Below, in pieces: positions 60,718 to 64,000 of a stretch of DNA of 64,000 bases (positions within the stretch are counted from its first letter, which is position 1; the number at the start of each line of letters is the position of its first letter). The notes beneath the pieces are model-generated. The model was given only the letters and a program-made list of their open reading frames with translations. It was not told the DNA's origin and did not search any database. The stretch covers positions 1,706 through 65,705 of the forward strand of contig CAJMSX010000012.1 of assembly GCA_905216195.1 (NCBI GenBank), in the 5' to 3' direction. A program made the position numbers and the translations under genes. This DNA is from an uncultured bacterium. Its GTDB lineage: Bacteria; Bacteroidota; Bacteroidia; Bacteroidales; Marinifilaceae.

Positions 60718-62340
60718 ATGAAACTGAATAATCACCCATTTCGCACTGCTGCGCTGCTGCTGCTCGTAATGCTGGCGGCAGCCTGCACGAAGGAAGACGA
60801 CTTTACCGCGTCCCCCGACGAGGGTACGGCAAACGCCGCGCCCCTCCTCACCATCACCGTGACGGACGGCGCATACGCCTCGGCGGAAACGCCGGACAAC
60901 GATAACATCCCCGGCACCCGCGCCGTGGAGCGTGGCTACGGCACGGAGTTCACCAAAGGCGACTGCATAGGGCTGTATGTGGTGGAGATGAAGAATGCCT
61001 CTGGAAGCAGAGTATTCCTCCACGAAAACCTCTGCCTCACCCACGACGGCACGGGCTGGACGCTGCCCGCCGGCACGGAACTGACGTACCAACCGCCCAC
61101 CGGCGGAGAAATAATCTACCTTGCCTATTATCCTTATCAGAACGATATGGCGGGTAAAGTCAATATTGACGCCTTGAACCCAAATGGACAGGGTGCCGAA
61201 GCCCGGTGGTTTTTCTCCCGCCTAATCGAGAGGTGGCAGCCCGCCACCGACCAAAGCACTTACGAAGCCTACACCGCCAGCGACCTGATGGTGGCACGCG
61301 GAGAGGTGGCGAAGCGCACCGACGGCACGGACGGTTCCGTGCTCAACTTCACGATGGAGCATCAGATGCCGCTGGCAATTATCCGCCTGCCGACGACAAA
61401 ATATACCTACTCCGAAACCATCGACGGCACGGAGACGAAGAAAAGCTACCGCCTTTATTCCGGACTGGATGCCAAAGCATGGCTTGCCGACGACAATACA
61501 TACCGTCGTATTATGAAATGGTATCCTACGACCAACATAGGAATCGAAGCTTCCTATTACAATTCCTCACTCGAAAGGCGTATTTTTAGAGGAACTATCA
61601 AGGCCGATAGTCCCGGCAAATATTTCTTATTCACCGTCGACGGCGGCGAGGAAACCGAGACCGAACGAGTTCTCCAAGTGGGAGATTTCTACATGAGCGA
61701 CGGTACAATCATTCCGAACGAACATGTTACGTCTACGATGCCTGCTGCCATACAGAAAGAGTGTGTAGGCGTGGTGTACGCCGTGGGCGAAGAGAAAGTC
61801 GGCGGCTACAAACGGAACGACCACCTGCTGAAGCGCGACTATCCTAACTGCACGCACGGATTGGTGCTGGCTCTGCAAAATGCATCAGACAACTGCGCGT
61901 GGAGCAATACGAATGAGTTAGTAAATGATTGGACAAACGCGCCCGAAAGAGGAGAGGAACAGGTAGATATATCGGAATCGAATAGTTTCAAAGGGTACTC
62001 TTCAACAAAAGCAATATTGGCTTATAATGCTGCCTATCCCGATAAGGCGGTATTGGCCGCAGAGACTGCCAGACAATATAAAGTTGCAAGTCCCGAAGGG
62101 AGCAGCGGATGGTTTATGATGGATATGAATGATGCTGCAGTAATAAAATTGAAGGCTCTTAATTCGATTCAGAATGCTCTCGAAAAAGCAGGAGGCGTAA
62201 AAGTTGAAGGCTCCTATTGGACGAGTTTTGAATATGGTCAGAATAAGGCATTCTGTCTCGATATGCCTACTCAGGAGCAACTTGGTCTATGGTGCTCTAA
62301 GAGTGACCAGCGTCCTGTCCGTCCCGTGCTCGCCTTTTAG
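60718..62340 (+). CDS. fimbrillin-family protein with C-terminal DUF1566 (Lcl-like) domain, candidate tip adhesin
   Basis: 540 aa. Lipobox MLAAAC, then IPGTRAVERGYGTEFTKGDCIGLYV. The C-terminal GWFMMDMNDAAV...YWTSFEY...RPVRPVLAF resembles DUF1566. Confidence 0.55.
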   Translation: MKLNNHPFRTAALLLLVMLAAACTKEDDFTASPDEGTANAAPLLTITVTDGAYASAETPDNDNIPGTRAVERGYGTEFTKGDCIGLYVVEMKNASGSRVFLHENLCLTHDGTGWTLPAGTELTYQPPTGGEIIYLAYYPYQNDMAGKVNIDALNPNGQGAEARWFFSRLIERWQPATDQSTYEAYTASDLMVARGEVAKRTDGTDGSVLNFTMEHQMPLAIIRLPTTKYTYSETIDGTETKKSYRLYSGLDAKAWLADDNTYRRIMKWYPTTNIGIEASYYNSSLERRIFRGTIKADSPGKYFLFTVDGGEETETERVLQVGDFYMSDGTIIPNEHVTSTMPAAIQKECVGVVYAVGEEKVGGYKRNDHLLKRDYPNCTHGLVLALQNASDNCAWSNTNELVNDWTNAPERGEEQVDISESNSFKGYSSTKAILAYNAAYPDKAVLAAETARQYKVASPEGSSGWFMMDMNDAAVIKLKALNSIQNALEKAGGVKVEGSYWTSFEYGQNKAFCLDMPTQEQLGLWCSKSDQRPVRPVLAF

Positions 62341-62389
62341 CGGGCTGTGGACGGAAACTGCGGTATAAAACGATTAAAAAAAGAAAGAT

Positions 62390-62617
62390 ATGAGCAATTA
62401 TATACTCCTTATCGCTTGGTCAATCGCCGTTTGTTCGCTGGCGGGGGTGCTCCTTATGTATTGGCGTTACCGCCGTATGGTGCGGTATTATAACAACTAT
62501 ATAATGAAGTACATCCGCGAGCATGACCTATTGACGAAAGAACTGGAACATGCACGTATTGAAAAAAAATACGAGGAGAAGTTGTTCGAAACTTATTTTT
62601 CGGAAGCTACGGAATGA
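62390..62617 (+). CDS. small single-pass membrane protein with charged coiled-coil tail
   Basis: 75 aa. TM segment ILLIAWSIAVCSLAGVLLMYW, then a basic and acidic helical tail. Confidence 0.4.
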   Translation: MSNYILLIAWSIAVCSLAGVLLMYWRYRRMVRYYNNYIMKYIREHDLLTKELEHARIEKKYEEKLFETYFSEATE

Positions 62618-62712
62618 AACGATACTTACCCCCCCGTCCCGCCAAAGAAAGGAGGACAACGCAGAGGGACGGGATTAATGAACCTGATTATAAACTTTAA
62701 ATAAAGAGAATC

Positions 62713-63864
62713 ATGGAAAATAGTAGAATTAAAGAAGCAACGTTGGCTATCAGCCAATCGTTGGGAATTGATCTTGATGTTATCATCAGTGATATTCAGT
62801 TGGAACCACAGCAGAAATTCCGCCTTATCTATGAAAAAGTGCTGACAGCATCGCTTACTCGATGGATACGGAATGATGATAAAGGAGAACTACGATTACC
62901 ACCTGACTTTAACATCGAAGAATTTGTAACCGGAAAGATGGCAACCTTGCCCGTAGTCGGTTCACCAGAGGCAACCGACGGGCAGTTGCAATACATTCCC
63001 AATATTTTACTGACACCCAAACGTGCAGAACGTGTAAAAAATGCAAAGGAAAGCCAAGTAACAGACGAAGTTAACAGTTTATTCGAGATGACGATCGCTA
63101 TTCTGCAAAACGAACGCTTTGATTGGAAAGATGTGACAAGAATCTTTATTGAGGCAGGAGTAGCTGCACTTACAATTGCAGCAGGTATGGTTGTCGTGGA
63201 AGCCGCTGCTATTGCTGCTGTGATAAATCCTTCTTTTGCAGCAGGTTTTGCGGTAGCCGCCGGCTTATTTTCTTTAGGGGTTACAGAGCTTATTACCATC
63301 CTGTCTCAATTGTATGCTTTCTTTACCTCGGGTATACTTTTCAACCGCAGCTTTTTGGGAGTAGTGATTAACGATACAGATAAGGATTTGTTAATCCCCA
63401 ATTGGAAAGATAAGAGCAATGCCAAATCCCGCAATAGCGGCATCTACTGCCGTCATGGCTGGTTGTCAGGGCTAATGGTGGATGATTACAATGGTGGTCA
63501 AGGGGCGATTGTCGGCAAAAGAACAGCTGTCAATAAGGATATTTGCTGCTATTGCGGATTATATCTACTGGAGAAAAATACGGGAGCCACCGGTTCCGAA
63601 GGTTTCTTCCGCTTCAAGATAGGCAAGGTGGAGTTCGACTTGAACGCCACATGCCCCATGTCGTCTCACAACCGGGTATACACCTCGTTCAACTATACCG
63701 ACGAGAACTTGTACAAAGCCAATTCCGATGTAGCCAATGAGTGGAAGAAGAAGAGCAAAGAGGAATTGTTGTATGGAAAAGCCACGAAGGATTGCGTTAG
63801 TGTGACTTATTCATTGAATGATTTGACCGGTTCACCAGCTTACGGAATCGTTACTGTTGAATAG
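62713..63864 (+). CDS. hypothetical protein with central Ala/Gly-rich hydrophobic helical hairpin and Cys-containing beta-rich C-terminal domain
   Basis: 383 aa with no signal peptide. Residues ~146-205 (AGVAALTIAAGMVVVEAAAIAAVINPSFAAGFAVAAGLFSLGVTELITILSQLYAFF) form a ~60-aa hydrophobic block flanked by soluble regions. Confidence 0.5.
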   Translation: MENSRIKEATLAISQSLGIDLDVIISDIQLEPQQKFRLIYEKVLTASLTRWIRNDDKGELRLPPDFNIEEFVTGKMATLPVVGSPEATDGQLQYIPNILLTPKRAERVKNAKESQVTDEVNSLFEMTIAILQNERFDWKDVTRIFIEAGVAALTIAAGMVVVEAAAIAAVINPSFAAGFAVAAGLFSLGVTELITILSQLYAFFTSGILFNRSFLGVVINDTDKDLLIPNWKDKSNAKSRNSGIYCRHGWLSGLMVDDYNGGQGAIVGKRTAVNKDICCYCGLYLLEKNTGATGSEGFFRFKIGKVEFDLNATCPMSSHNRVYTSFNYTDENLYKANSDVANEWKKKSKEELLYGKATKDCVSVTYSLNDLTGSPAYGIVTVE

Positions 63865-64000
63865 AAATTTACAGCATGATGGACGTGTTTATTGGGCTGC
63901 AAAATGATTTAGATATTTCAATTTCACATTCTGCCGCTCCCGTGTTTTTCGCGTCTGCGACCGGTCGTTCACGAGTCAGCGACAAGAGAAACAGGGCTCG

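Overview
The window looks like a Bacteroidota (Bacteroidales-type) chromosome. Supporting signs are TAnnTTTG-type promoter boxes, DUF1573, GH92 and FtsX-type genes, lipoprotein pilins of the type V (FimA/Mfa) class, and the atpDC-atpBEFHAG gene order. Positions 1 to ~46.9 kb are ordinary core genome: an ABC ATPase, an exported Fe/Mn SOD, peptidases, a YidE/YbjL transporter, the complete F1Fo ATP synthase, two tandem FtsX permeases, GH92, C11 and NlpC/P60 peptidases, two DUF1573 paralogs, rpsO-pnp, pdxA, ndk, a five-gene heterodisulfide-reductase-like (Hdr) redox cluster, rubrerythrin, birA, a transglutaminase-like protein and hydG. From ~47 kb onward the sequence is a compositional mosaic with no integrase or transposase visible. 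(i) An AT-rich block (~47.2-54.4 kb) carries a compact RiPP-like cluster: a 61-aa GG-leader, Cys-containing precursor, a radical SAM/SPASM maturase with an N-terminal RRE-like domain, a tightly coupled outer-membrane beta-barrel and a lipoprotein. It also carries an orphan gene with an R-x4-H (HEPN-like) motif. (ii) A sharply GC-rich block (~54.7-62.35 kb) carries two translationally coupled membrane-anchored AraC-type regulators. These lie divergent from a type V pilus operon, and the shared intergenic region contains four direct repeats, a perfect (AC)23 microsatellite and a 15-bp perfect hairpin. (iii) A terminal block (62.4-64 kb) has uncharacterised proteins, one with a colicin/ClyA-style hydrophobic helical hairpin. 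My best candidates for something new are the RiPP cluster, which has an OM barrel and lipoprotein in place of a C39 peptidase/ABC exporter, and the microsatellite-containing pilus control region. All family assignments come from motif recognition by eye and need HMM or BLAST confirmation.
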